Positions 1 to 14,049 of a stretch of DNA of 64,000 nucleotides are shown one piece after another (the stretch's first letter is position 1; each line of letters starts with the position of its first letter). The position numbers were made by a program, and so were the translations under genes. Origin of the DNA: Octopus vulgaris (lineage: Eukaryota); the NCBI GenBank assembly GCA_951406725.2, contig OX597836.1:4898001-4962000 (forward strand). The letters are read 5' to 3'. The notes under the pieces are model-generated. The model saw nothing but the letters and a program-made list of their open reading frames with translations, was not told the DNA's origin and searched no databases.

Positions 1-54
1 ACGGATTTTTGACTTCCCACAGTCAAGATAGTTGCGTAATAGCACTGTTAAGGG

Positions 55-229
55 AGGGGAAGTTGATTACATCGACCCGTAGTAATCAAATGGTTCTTAT
101 TTTATAGATCCCGAAAGGGTGAAGGGCAAAATCGACATCGGCAAAATTTGAAATCAGAAAGTAAAAACGGACAAAGTGCAGCTAAGAAATTTTTCGGACG
201 TACTAAATATTCTTCCATCTCACCGCCTG
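55..229 (-). mobile_element. Degenerate SINE family B copy
   Basis: Diverged match to the family B motifs ATCGACCCC..GAAAGGxTGAAxGGCAAA.TCGAC..CGG.A.ATTTGAA.TCAGAA, ending in CxCCGCCT, seen in the other copies in this window. Confidence 0.7.
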
Positions 230-989
230 AAGCGGCGTCAAAATTATGAGAAAGAAATGAAAGACATGAGTTTCCCGTTCACCTGTCATATGCAATAACT
301 ATCAGCAACTAACAAAGGTAAACATTTTATAAAAAGGAGCTGTTCTTGCCCGAACCTGCACTCTGAAAGGCTCCCAAATTATCTGATGTGAGCGTTAGTT
401 TTCAACACTGCCAAACGAAGAAAAGAAGAGGGAGAACTTATAGGAAGAACATTGTCTGCAAAGAAAAATTGGATTGAAAGGTGTACGCAAATTGAAATGT
501 GTATTGGCTTTGACCCATCGCCTGGGCTTATAAGATACCAACGATGTGGTTTTCAGATTATGCCATGTTGCATTAAATGCTTACCCCTGTGAAATTAGAC
601 CCCTATATTTGACATATAATTTAATCTTTTTACATTAAAATTTTTGTTTTCTAGATATGAAATGGTGATCATGTAAACTTTAAAATATAGTTTTTTCTCT
701 TTGAGGGGTAAGTAGAAAAATAAGAATGAATATTTATTTTATGAATGTTGTGTATTAAGTCTATAGAATTGTGCATAAATAGTATGAAGTGTCTATATAA
801 ATTGCATGAAGTAATCTTCGTATTCCAATTTCCTTCACTTTTCCATGAATAGCAGATGAGAGACTATCTTTTGATACAGACACAACACAGTTTATGATTT
901 CAGGGTTTTGGGAATAACCCAACAGGTTCCCAATTAATTCCGTGAAATATTCACGGGCCCCACTAGTTAACAATACTAATAGTAATATT

Positions 990-1390
990 GGTTTCAGCGT
1001 TTGACTCAGGGCTAGTGATTTTAGGAGATGGGATTACAGTGACCCCAGAGCTAAACTTCTACTTTATTTAACGACTACGAAAGAATGAAAGGCAAAGTCG
1101 AGCCCGGCGTATTTTGAACTAAGAATATGAATACGGACGAAATGCCGCGAACCATTTTGCCAGCTCACCACTCTAATAAGAACAGTGACATTGGCACACT
1201 AGGCCAGCAACATCAGAGGAGGGGATAATTCGATTATGTCGACCCCATTTCTGAACTAGTACTTATCATTTCGACCCCGAAAGGAGGAAAGATAGAGTTG
1301 ACTTCGTTGGAATCTGAACTCAGAATGTGAAGACGGACGAATTGCCACCAAGCGTGTTGTCTGGTTTGATATCGATTTTGTCTGCACCCC
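990..1390 (-). mobile_element. Two adjacent degenerate SINE family B copies
   Basis: GAAAGAATGAAAGGCAAAGTCGA at ~1080 and CGACCCCGAAAGG...GAACTCAGAA at ~1270-1325. Confidence 0.65.
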
Positions 1391-3259
1391 CACACAATAA
1401 TAATAATAGCAATATTAATATATTTCTAGAGAGGAGTATATTTGAATTGTTATCATAACTTTTCGAGCGAGAAGAAGAGCGAGAAAGAAGAGAGAGGGGA
1501 TAGAAGGAGAGAGAAGAATTAAGAGTACAGCTGTTGAAGAGAGAAGATTGGTGATTTGTATTTCTGCTCACAGAGATGTGTAAATTATAACGTGATGGAA
1601 GTGTATTTCCATTGAAATTAAAGATGGAATTAAAATGGCTTTATTTAAAATAGAGGTGGCACAATTAATGATAAAAAGAATAACGTCTGGGTTTGGATTA
1701 ATTTGAATCGAGAGAAATTAGCATATATTTCATTTTAATTGCAATTGTTTGTGTGAGTGGTTTTAATGTGTACAAAAGTTAATTCTGCATATAATAATTC
1801 AAATTATTTAAATTACGGGTAGAATGAATATGCAAAGAATATTCGATATCGTATAAACTATAACATTGGACGACAGAAGACAGAAAGAAGAGAAAATTTG
1901 GAGAAAAACATGATTTTATAGAATAAAGAGTTAAACAAGTAAAGACTTTGAGAAGTGGGGAACATATGGGCGATGAAGTTGAGTGTATGGTATATAGTAC
2001 AACACACACATGTTGGTACGAATATAAAGAAGATAGATTAAGAATAAATTGGAATTATTTAAGCATAGCGTTGTTGTAATTAAATTCTTAATTCAATATC
2101 GACTTCCCCTTTATAGTTTTCTCTCATTATTATTTAGAAGTTTTAAATAATGATTTGCAGAATTTACTTTTAAACATTTAACAAGTACACACTTTAAAAT
2201 AGTCGTTCAGCTCAACATTAATATCGCATAAACATGCTTGAGACATGCTTAAAACTATTTATTCGAATTACTTGTAAAAGTGAATTCTTGAATTCTGAAT
2301 TGTATACCTCCATTATATTACACAAATTTATTATAAATAGAATTGAATTTTCCTTTTTACATTTACCCTTAAAACACACTAACAATGCAAACAGAAATAC
2401 AATCAGAGTTCTATTTTTTGATCGTCAAGTTCTCTCCGTAAAACAAAACCCCGTTTCTGGATAATTATTTTAAATAGTAATATCGGAGCTACGTTATTAT
2501 ATAACATTCTGTTTATACATTATACATTAACATTATATAAACAATTCTGTTTAACTTATACATTTTCTACTCAATTATTCGGCTTTCATCAAGAATATAA
2601 TAGTGCTTAAGTTTCAACAGATTCTAAGTTTGAGTAAAATAATAGCACTTACTATAAATCTTCCGCTTTGTCCTAAAAACCATGTCGCTTTCCTCTCACT
2701 TCAAGCGGGTAAAGCAGCTTCTCTTCATTATCTTTTCTCTCCACAAATTTTCAGATTTTTGGTTCAAGTTCCAATCCTAAAATTATATAACTCGTTCTTC
2801 CAGTTAGTATGCATACACCCAAGAGTACACCTTCTCGCACCGACACACACACACACACACACACACAAAGAACGAAGACTACAGGCATTTGCACATGCCA
2901 ATTAGCTCATAATCCTGTATACACCCTTGCGTTAACACGACACAGAAATGAACACGGGCACTTTCACTTTAAACCATACGACATACCGCGCCAACAAACT
3001 TAGTAACACCACCGTAAACAGTACGTAAAAAATTTGTTGGCTCTGAAGCCCACACACCAACACAATTTGCCCACAAAATGCTTCCCCAATTCAAGCACAT
3101 TGAAATAATACCGCCCCTCAAGACACACACACACACACACTTAAATGAACTTCACCCACAGGAGAACGACTTCCACGCACATAATGATACGATTTGCATT
3201 ACACAAAAGCGCCCAGAGAAACGTTTAGTCATATTTCACTCATCTATTATTTTCATTGT

Positions 3260-3570
3260 GGAGGCACATGGCGTAGTGGTTAGAGCAGCGGATTCGCGGT
3301 CGAGGGATCGCGGGTTCGAATCTCAGACCGGGTGATGTGTGCGTGTTTATCAGCGAAGGAACCTAAGCTCCACGCGGCTCCGCAAGAAGGTAATGGTGAA
3401 CTTCTGCTGATTCTTTCGCCACAACTTTCTCGCACTCTTTCCTCCTACATCTTGCAGCTCACCTGCGACGGACCGGTGTCCCGTCCAGGTGGGGAACCTA
3501 TAACGCCTAGGAAATCGAGAAACCGGCCCTAATGAGCCAGGTGTGGCTCGAGAAGGAACAAACGACAACA
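3260..3570 (+). mobile_element. Full-length tRNA-derived SINE (family C) with 14-bp target-site duplication
   Basis: A box (TGGCGTAGTGG) and B box (GGTTCGAATC), (AAC)-like tail. Identical ATTATTTTCATTGT flanks at 3246-3259 and 3571-3584. Confidence 0.9.
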
Positions 3571-3668
3571 ATTATTTTCATTGTATCTCCTGCATCTATT
3601 AGACATATACGTTTCTTTGTTTCCCTCTCCGTTACCATTCACCACACACAAACTTCTTACATTCAACA

Positions 3669-3895
3669 GCGGCGCGCTGACAGAATCGTTAGCACGCCGG
3701 GCTTTGCAGTATTTCTTCTGCCGATACCTTCTGAGATCAAATTACGCCGTGGGCGACTTTGCCTTTCATCCTTTCGAGGTCGATTAAATAAGTACCAGTT
3801 ACGCACTGGGGTCGATGTAATCGACTTAATCCCTTTGTCTGTCCTTGTGTACCCCTCTATGTTTAGCCTCCCCCCCTTGGACAATAAAGAAATAT
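3669..3895 (+). mobile_element. SINE family B
   Basis: GCGGCGCGCTGACAGAATCGTTAGCACGCCGGG head, GACTTTGCCTTTCATCCTTTCGAGGTCGAT core, AATAAAGAAATA tail. Confidence 0.85.
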
Positions 3896-4832
3896 ATATT
3901 CAACAAAAACACACTTGCATCACTCGTCCATATTTCACATCACTAATATACACATTTGAAGTAATAAGAGCCCTGGCTTCTGCAGCATATTCTATCCACA
4001 ATATAGACTCACGAGTGGCGGACAGAGAAACACAATTTTGTCAATTCCACATGCACATGCACCAAATCCTAAATAATAACGAAGATTATTCTGCTTAATT
4101 ACCCCAGTCAATTACCCCATTTACGGAGTCAAATATTTTCATTCAAAAATGGTACATACACCAGTCTGTAACCTCGCACTGTTTACTCAAAGGCACACAT
4201 ACGTCTCTTTGCTCCTCTAATCTCTTATCGTCAGAGCATTCTATATACTCTCTCAGACACACTTCAGAAGGAGTCACACATACAAATTCATGCTATACAT
4301 AGATACAGACAATTTCTACTTCCGACACCTCGCTGATTTAAATAGTTGGTGAACAAAAATAATAACACGGCTTCGCCTTTAGCTCTTCACTCTATTTTTA
4401 CTGGACTATCACAAACACGTGCTCGAATGTCACACTGCTGGGTTTCATTTATTTCCAAAATACGTTCCTCATAGACCCTCTGCTGTTCCACACACGCAGA
4501 CAAACGAGAAACGATTTTCCATTACTACACACACACACACACATGTGTACTAAGGCTTTAGAAAATACTATTCGATATAGACACGCAATCACCAACCAAT
4601 GTACTGAGACACAGCGATTGAAGAAAAACCGTTATTTTCATTAAATAAAAGCACGAAAGTCAGCAGTTCACCTCGTATAAGCATTTGGCAAACACCACTA
4701 AAGAAACCCACGCATCGCACACACATACACACACACACGAACGAACACAAATATATATAAGTGTGGGTGTGTATGTGTATATATTATTGTCATTATTATT
4801 ATTATTATTGTTATTATTATTATTATTATACA

Positions 4833-4993
4833 GGCACAGGAGTGGGTGAGTGGTAAGCATATTGCTTACCAAACACATGGTTCCGGGTTCAGTCCCACTG
4901 CGTGGCACCTTGGACATCTGTCATTTATTATAGCCTTGGTCTGACCAAGGCTATAAGTGGATTTGGTAGACGGAAACTGAAAGATGACCGTCG

Positions 4994-5036
<43 letters not shown>

Positions 5037-5090
5037 TCACATACAAAGATATGTATGTGTGTGTATGTGTATATGTATGTGTGTGTGTGT
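4833..5090 (+). mobile_element. SINE family A, 5' half plus internal microsatellite
   Basis: GGCACAGGAGTGG...GGTTCAGTCCCACTGCGTGGCACC...GGATTTGGTAGACGGAAACTGAAAG, followed by (CA)n/(TG)n. Confidence 0.85.
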
Positions 5091-5503
5091 GCATATATAT
5101 TCAAGCAGAAGAACCCAGTTTCACTCAGATTATAAACTCATAGCGTGATCACAGATAGCTAAATAGATGGATAGATATATAGACTGACAGACTGATAGAT
5201 GTTGTTTTCGATTTTTCTCATATATAACGCACGCACGAAAACACACACATACACGCACACACACACACATATACACACAAATCATACACGAACATAGGTG
5301 CATATTCCTTACCTGGGTACTAATATGAGTGATTAAATCGCTGCCTATTCCAGTAAAACATTTCTTTAATTAGGTTTCTTATTTCATCGCGTGGAGTGCA
5401 TTTAGACACACTCGCACACAAACTCACATTCACGTATTTAAACATCCATATTCACACACAGCACACAGCGAATATATATATTTATATACATATATGTGCA
5501 AAG

Positions 5504-5544
<41 letters not shown>

Positions 5545-5640
5545 TCCATGTATAGAGGCATATACAACGAAGCACGCGTACATGTATTGAGAACTAATTT
5601 TATAGCCACCCAGATATATATATATACACACACATATATA

Positions 5641-5813
<173 letters not shown>

Positions 5814-5919
5814 CGTATACATTAACACATTCTAATCTTCATATGTATATAAATAATTTTATGGAGGGAGATAGTAAGAGAGAGAGAAAGAGCTGTAAAA
5901 TTATAGGTATTTAGTTATT

Positions 5920-6057
<138 letters not shown>

Positions 6058-6524
6058 TTTTATGAGATAATATACTTATTGATAGCCATTAGAATCCGAG
6101 CAAACGAAAAGCATGGAAATTCTTTCCCTAGATGGTAAAGAATTTTTTATTTATTCTAATCTGGAAAGACACCAACACGTAATATCAGAGTTCTTAGTGC
6201 CAAATTAGTCTACAACGTATCCAACACTTTTATATTCGTGGAGTAACTTTGGGGCCTGGATGTTCTCCAGAACTAACATTTATGAAAAAATTTATTGCAT
6301 ATTCCTACGTGAAAGACGGAGACGGACACAAAAGGCTTTCTTATCCAAAGATTATTATTATTATCATTTCTGCTTCTTGTTTTTTCTGCATTCGACGCTT
6401 GTGGAAATGTGTTATGAATTAAGAGTCTTCATAATTGATAAAGATAGTATAGTACGGTATGGAAAATAAATAATAGGACTGTAGCATGTCTCTCTCTCTC
6501 TCTCTCGGCAGATATGGTTGTACG

Positions 6525-6575
<51 letters not shown>

Positions 6576-6726
6576 ATGTGTGTATAAACATATGTATATA
6601 TATATATATATGAATATATATGTACGTATTGTATTATATTACATTATACATGCATATATATATATATATATATACATTAATACATACATATATATGTATG
6701 TCTATATCTATATATCTATCTATCTA

Positions 6727-6760
<34 letters not shown>

Positions 6761-7731
6761 ACACATTTGTATATAATGTGTGCTTTTAGAAGTGTATGTA
6801 TGTATTTATATATGTGTGAGGTATTGCATATGTGGACGAATAAGTCTGTTCTGGGATGTGTATGTTTTTTGTATTAGAAAACCATACTATAATACAGCCC
6901 ATTTTTTTCTATATTTATAAGTATGGCTACACATGTATCTATCCACTTGACTGTCTATCTATCATTATGTCTATAGGTTTGTTTCTCTCTCTCTCTCTAA
7001 ATATCTGTCTGTCTGTATGCACGTATATATGTACAAATATACGTGTGTATATATTTAGATACGGATGTCTGTAAAGATATATACATATATGTATGTCTAT
7101 GCATGTATATATGGACGTTTGTGTGTGTATGCATGTATGTAAATATGTATGCATGCATGTGTGTGAGTGTGTTTCTGTCTGTATACATGTATATATGTAC
7201 AGAAATATATGGCGGCAATTGGAAAACGAAGGCCAACTGTGATGTAGCATATAATTTGAATTTTATTAGCTAAGACCATTTGTTGCACCATGTTATATCC
7301 TGGAAACCTGCATAATGGCCTACACGAATGGGAGGAACTCTGGTTATTAGAATGGCATACAGACACACGCACACACCAAAACATATATGTGTGTACACAT
7401 ACCCACGGACATAACACACATGCGTTTATTAGATATATAAAATATATATGAAACAGACGATATAATACAAGCACATGACTACATACTAACTCATATATAT
7501 TTTCCCGTTTGATCATTAATGATTTTCATTATGTTTTAAATATGAAAGATATCAATTTCTTTGTATCTTCTTCCGTGATGATCTTCTGGCTTGTAAAAAT
7601 TAACCAAATTGATTTAATAGAATTAAATTAAATTTGTTTCATTTATACTATAAGCGTTAAGTTGAAACAATTGTAGGTCTTGTCAATGTATTAATAAATT
7701 TTTATTAATCGTATCTCCTTCTTCTCTCTTG

Positions 7732-7778
<47 letters not shown>

Positions 7779-7836
7779 AAGTAGTTCACAGGTGATCTAC
7801 ATGATATGCCTTGCCTTAATGCTTTCTGTCCTGTTT

Positions 7837-7871
<35 letters not shown>

Positions 7872-7949
7872 CGTGTGTTGTAACAACAGTGCAGAAGTCA
7901 TTCAATATTGGGCTATTATAATTCAATGATTAAAATTAGAGAAATATAT

Positions 7950-8163
7950 AAATACGCAGGTATAAAAAGGAAATTCTCTAAAACACAAAGAACAACAAAA
8001 CATCCAGATAGAAAATAGAGAGAAAACAAGAAACGGGTTATTCGGAGCTTTCTTTCCTCAGACGAGTGCTAGATTATCTTTGAAATTTCGTCCATCTGGA
8101 TGGCTTGTTGTCCCTTTTGTGTATCACCTAGCTGTCTGGATGTTTTGCTTTCTTATCCAATTT

Positions 8164-8167
<4 letters not shown>
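7950..8167. mobile_element. Short inverted-repeat element beside TA tracts (probable Penelope-like terminal remnant)
   Basis: CAAAACATCCAGATAG (7996-8011) and CTGTCTGGATGTTTTG (8132-8147) are reverse complements at 15 of 16 positions. Confidence 0.5.
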
Positions 8168-8199
<32 letters not shown>

Positions 8200-8735
8200 G
8201 AAGACTGCCATAATGCAAGAAAGTATACTAGTCCCTTAAGACAATCAATACTTCATTTAATTTTTCTATATATATACTATATAAATATATATTATTTATA
8301 CAATATATTCTACATTCTACATTAATACTATAGAGAATATAAGTAAAACATAAAAAAACAGACAGAGTTGGAATATCTTTGAATAATATATATCCCTCTA
8401 TACACAATCATACAAAGCCCTTTTATATATTTTCTTGACACCTGGACAGAGGATCTTTATATAATTTTTTTAAAATCATTTTTATTAAATTTCTTCTTAA
8501 ATTCAAATATTTTACACATACTTCTGTGCTATTTCCAACTCCATTCTTTATATATTTTAGAAGATAAAGATAATATCTAACGTTGTGCCTTTTTTTTCCT
8601 AAGCGGAGTTTGAACGTGTGAACCTCGACGTCAATTCTACTGAACTCTGTTATGGAATTTGTCAAAATAAATATATAGACGAATAGGATTGCAAAAGAGC
8701 ATGTGAGTGTGTGTGTAGGTGTGTGGGTACATACG

Positions 8736-8788
<53 letters not shown>

Positions 8789-9462
8789 GTATATATATGT
8801 ACATATAGTTGTGTGCGTGTTTGTCTGTGTAAATGCATCAATATCTGTGTGTATATATATCTATGTGCGTGTGTACATGTATGTGTTTGTATATGCATGT
8901 ATGCATGCAAAAGCAAGGCATTTTACAATAGAAAATAATATATATGTGTCTGTCTGAGTGCCTGTGTTCCTGTGTGTATATATATATATATATATGGGTA
9001 TGTGTGTGGGTAAGAGCGTATGTTTGTTATTTCTGTTTTTGTTTTGGTTCTGTTTTTTTTTTGTCTTTTAAGCTAGAGACGTATTGGCAGAATGACAAAT
9101 TCCGTACCGAATCTTTAGAAACTGAACCAATTGAAGGGTAGACACTAATACTGCTCGATTTATTTGTCTAGTTCATTTGTATTGCCTGTTGGCGACGCCA
9201 AAATATTTGTTTAAATCTAATATGGAGCGTTGGTATTCGCGTGCGTGGACGTCACTATGCGTTTGTGTGGGTTTTGCGTACACATATGCCTTTCTACATG
9301 TGTGTGTGTGTGTGTTTGTGTGTATTTCGTTGCAGTACATGGACATAAGAGGTCAAAGGAAATAAATGCACAAGCAGAAATTTGTTTAATTACATGAATC
9401 GATAGATTAGGAAATACACGTACTATGTTATACGCATGTGCATGAATACATATATACATGAT

Positions 9463-9568
<106 letters not shown>

Positions 9569-10184
9569 TATATACATATATATATATATGTATATGTATA
9601 CACACACACAAACCCGCACACACACATATATATATTTGTGTGTGTATATATATCGAGCATTTTTATGTATTTATTCATAAATACATACACGCTCACACGC
9701 ATGTATATAAATATATTTAGACATACGTATATATACTAAGAGAGAGAGTGTGTGTGAGTGTGTGCGATATGTTTTTTGTAATATGTCATTTTAAATATGT
9801 CACTGTCCCAATTTAATAATGTTTTGTGTTTTTGTTGATCATTATTTTTTTCTTTTTAAGATTATTTCTGCATAATGATGTCTTCATTTTCTTTAGATTA
9901 CAAGGTGTTGTTGGTAAAACATTTACACCCAAACTACGAAATCACCCAGAAGTTAGACGTTAAAAATTTTTAAACATTCTATTTCATCCAATGCCTATTT
10001 CATCAAATACAATATCATGTTTATGATTATTCACTCCTCAAAATAATACGAGGCTGCAATTTCGCTCCCCATATTTCTTTCGAAGGTTGTCACAGAGTAA
10101 CTGTTGAGAGGTTAATGCGCTTAGGAAGTTTATTGTTCCAAGCTGAACGAATAATAATTGTTGAAAATTTTGGGACAGTGATAG

Positions 10185-10361
10185 CATGCTTTTGAGAGGA
10201 GGGGAAAGTCGATTCCATCGACCCCACAACATGACTATTACTTTTTTATTCTCGACCACAAAAATATTGAAGACAAAATTTGAATTCAGGGGGAAAAAAC
10301 GGACAAAATCCGGCTAAATATTTTGTCAGGAATGGTAATTCTTTCTGCCCGTTCGCCGCCT
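10185..10361 (-). mobile_element. Degenerate SINE family B
   Basis: AGTCGATTCCATCGACCCCA ... CTGCCCGTTCGCCGCCT. Confidence 0.6.
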
Positions 10362-10586
10362 GGACAAAACGAAAATAACAAAGATATTTGTAATTCTGTG
10401 GTTAACGTTGCAAACATTCTCAAGTAATGAACGAAAACTTTCACTCGATCAAATGTTTATTTATATATTATAAAAAGCATATTAGTTATATATAAAAGTC
10501 TGTAAACTTCCAGTTTTGCTAGAAGCGTATAACAGTATAATCTACTATGCAAAGCTACCTGTACAACATTTACTTATTTTGCCTAT

Positions 10587-10632
<46 letters not shown>

Positions 10633-11022
10633 TGAAGCTATGAATTGTAGACGCAGTTGGCAGACATCAGCATACATCAGCAAATAATTTGTTTTGCTTA
10701 ACTTATGGACAGGAGCCACGAGCTCTTACCAGATTCATTAGTCTTCGGTGTCTGACGCTGACCTATTACAATGTTGTCGTAAAACAGATTGTCCTGGAAG
10801 ATTCTTACGCTAATAAATCGTCTGTATTATCAACACGCATTTGTCTGAAAGAAGTTGGTCTCCGATGATCAAAAAAAAAAAAGATTAATGGCAAGTAGCA
10901 TGTCCAGGTTCGAATCTGCCGCAATTTAAGAATGTGTAAGTCGTTTTATATGTCCTCGTAATTTAGCAAGCAGATTAAGACTTATAATGAATTAAATATT
11001 TTATTTGTAGTTAATGATATAC

Positions 11023-11087
<65 letters not shown>

Positions 11088-11184
11088 CATATATATATAC
11101 ATATGCATACATATATATTTACATATACATACAGATATATATAGATAGATATATATGTATATACATGCATACATATATATATCC

Positions 11185-11224
<40 letters not shown>

Positions 11225-11229
<5 letters not shown>

Positions 11230-11461
11230 TGAATCCAAAATTACAGGGAAAAATCAGATTTAGGGTTAAATCCAATTTTATAGTAAAATATATAATATAA
11301 TTCGAGACAAAACCACTATTTTAGATCGAAAATCCACCTGAAGATTGTCGGTAGCAGACATGAAACATTTGTAGTGGCGGTTTATTTAATTTATATTAAA
11401 ATTTTATGTATTGATTAAGTCTTTCCTTGTTTGGTTTTAAAATAGTGGTTTTGTCTCGAAT

Positions 11462-11464
<3 letters not shown>
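11225..11464 (+). mobile_element. Penelope-like terminal (pLTR) remnant with 27-bp inverted repeats, inserted in (TA)n
   Basis: Perfect inverted repeat ATAATTCGAGACAAAACCACTATTTTA (11297-11323 / 11438-11464) enclosing a hammerhead motif. TA runs on both sides. Confidence 0.7.
11334..11377 (+). ncRNA. Minimal type-I hammerhead ribozyme motif
   Basis: CCAC-CUGAAGA-U-UGUC(ggtagca)GACA-U-GAAA-C(auuu)G-UA-GUGG. Stems I and II and the core are present; putative cleavage after GUA. Confidence 0.65.
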
Positions 11465-11517
<53 letters not shown>

Positions 11518-11627
11518 ATATATATACATATATACATATGCATACATATATATGTGTGAATGCTTGCTAATATCTAGTAGCGTGCAATAAATGCTTAACA
11601 CTACATTGGTGGGTATATATTCTTTAA

Positions 11628-11826
11628 TTTTGGGGTTAAGAAGGCAACCGATGTTTTCATGTGAAGAGATCTTCACAATTATACAAGTGTACCGCAGGGA
11701 AGCCTAGTTAAATTTCCTTATTTTGGTTCAAAATGGAGACGAGTATCTGCACTTCCATGCGGTACGCTCGGATAATTGTGAAGATTACTTTACATGAAAA
11801 CATTGGTTTCCTTATTATCCCAGAAA
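11628..11826. mobile_element. Foldback/MITE-like element, ~75-bp imperfect inverted arms
   Basis: 11628-11702 is the reverse complement of 11752-11826 (e.g. ATGTTTTCATGT...ATCTTCACAATTAT vs ATAATTGTGAAGAT...ACATGAAAACAT). Confidence 0.75.
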
Positions 11827-11856
11827 TATATTACACAAACACACATATACCTATAC

Positions 11857-11931
<75 letters not shown>

Positions 11932-12602
11932 TGTGTGTGTTTGTGTTGACACATATACAAGAGAAAAAGACAGGGAGTGTAGCGATGTAGATAGATAGTC
12001 CCATGCAATAAAGATATTTTTCTTTTATTTCCTCTGCGAGTGGCATTGTTCATCGTGTCCTCCTTGGATGATTGGGGTAATTTAGCAGATCTCCTGTCTT
12101 CTGTAAGAGCTTCTTAAATCTTCAGTCAACTGAAGGACTTCCCCTTTCACGATGCAAAATTCCCGATTGAAATATAACGAAAGTGTTATATCTTGGCAGT
12201 CTCATAATTTACAAACTCGAAGACAAAAAAAAAAAAGAAAAAATGGGCGAAAAAAATATCGGTGATACAAGAACTTGAATTTGAGAGATTCGGAACAAAT
12301 AGCGTGAGTCACCTTACGGGACACCCCTAAAACGTCGGTAAATCATACCCCACTATCATCAAGCAACATATTATAAACATATAAGAACTCGTGAGATATG
12401 TGTCATGGGGCTGCTACATCAGCTTAACAAATTCTATAAAGAAAATCAATTTGATACCATCTACGTGGACACTCGTTTTACTGGAAATATCACATCTCCA
12501 CTCGTAATCCTAAATATGTCCAGTGCTCATCGGGAATGAACCAAGGCAGAACACCAACCGCATTAAACCAACAATAATTATATATAGCTCGCTGCAAACA
12601 CA

Positions 12603-12999
12603 GGCGCAGGAGTGGCTGTGTGGTAAGTAACTTGCTTACCAACCACATGATTCCAGGTTCAGTCCCACTGCGTGGCACTTTGGGCAAGTGTCTTCTACTA
12701 TAGCCCCTCGGGCCGACTAAAGCCTTGTGAGTAGATTTAGTAGACGGAAACTGAAAGAAACCCGTCGTACATATGTGTATATATATATATTTGTGTGTTT
12801 GTGTGTCTGTGTTTGTCCCCACCCCTCAACATCGCTTGACAACCGATGTTGGTGTGTTTACATCCCTGTAACTTAGCAGTTCGGCAAAAGAGACCGATAG
12901 AATAAATACTAGGCTTACAAAGGATAAGTCCTGGGGTCGATTTACTCGACTAAAGGCGGTGCTCCAGTATGGCCGCAGTCAAATGGCTGAAACAAGTAA
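12603..12999 (+). mobile_element. Full-length SINE family A (tRNA-derived, internal TA/TG microsatellite)
   Basis: GGCGCAGGAGTGGCTGTGTGGTAAG head, GGTTCAGTCCC B box, 3' GACTAAAGGCGGTGCTCCAG..GGCCGCAGTCAAAT..CTGAAACAAGTAA. Confidence 0.92.
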
Positions 13000-13262
13000 C
13001 GTGTGTTTCTCTTTCTCATTCGCTTCCTTTCTCTCCGTGGACCCTTATTATTCTGCGAATCCCTCTCTCCCTATTTTCCTCTCAGCATAATTTTCTACGG
13101 TTTATTACACATATCGTATCGTTGGATAAACTAGACTAGAAACCCGAGGCACGCCGGTAACTAGATTACCTATAAATAAACAAATGCTTCTATTTAAACA
13201 CTCTTTACGGACAGAGCTTTGCTACTAAGAATGTGAATTTAGATTGGTAAAGATACATACAT

Positions 13263-13322
<60 letters not shown>

Positions 13323-13685
13323 GTAAAGGTTCCGTTTAAAATATTAAATTTCTCCATTGCAAGTTTATTCTGTTACACGAAGTAACAAGGTTATCTTATC
13401 CAAACAGGCGTGAAATGTAGTTATAGTCTTCTTAAAATATCAAGGATTAATACCATGAGCGTCAATCATAATCTGCCGGTAATCGCATTTAACTCGAAGC
13501 TATTTAAGCATTCTTGCTGAGAAGCCCAGCATTTGAACGTTGAAGAATATCTTCACTTGTCTGACTATTTAAGTAGTGAGATTCTTGATCAATTTCTTAA
13601 TACATATACAGATGCACACACTTGTGAAACGTGTTGAGCACACTTTACATTTCCTTTTAATAATCGTAAGTAGATTTGTATGTAC

Positions 13686-13789
<104 letters not shown>

Positions 13790-13809
13790 GTATATTTTTA
13801 TATTTATTA

Positions 13810-13851
<42 letters not shown>

Positions 13852-13863
13852 AATATGTATATA

Positions 13864-13909
<46 letters not shown>

Positions 13910-14016
13910 CATGTACATATATGCGTATGTGTATTATCTATTTATGTATCTATCTATCTATTTATCTATCTCGGTCACTGTATCTCTGTCGGTCTATCTG
14001 TCTGTCTGCCTGTCTG

Positions 14017-14049
<33 letters not shown>

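Noticed and set aside
258-280. TGAAAGACATG resembling the 5' end of miR-71
   Set aside because: Similarity stops after 11 nt and no precursor hairpin is evident.
3260-3332. tRNA-like sequence
   Set aside because: It is the head of a SINE with body, tail and TSD; no proper acceptor stem.
3532-4098. 188-aa ORF
   Set aside because: Spans a SINE tail and a family B SINE; chance open frame.
13141-13164. CCG...CGG plus CTAG resembling a Helitron 3' end
   Set aside because: Weak hairpin, CTAG not followed by T, and no matching 5' TC end found.
13608-13645. CAGAUGC-ACA(cacu)UGU-GAAA-CGUG-UU hammerhead-like trace
   Set aside because: Two core mismatches and no stem I.
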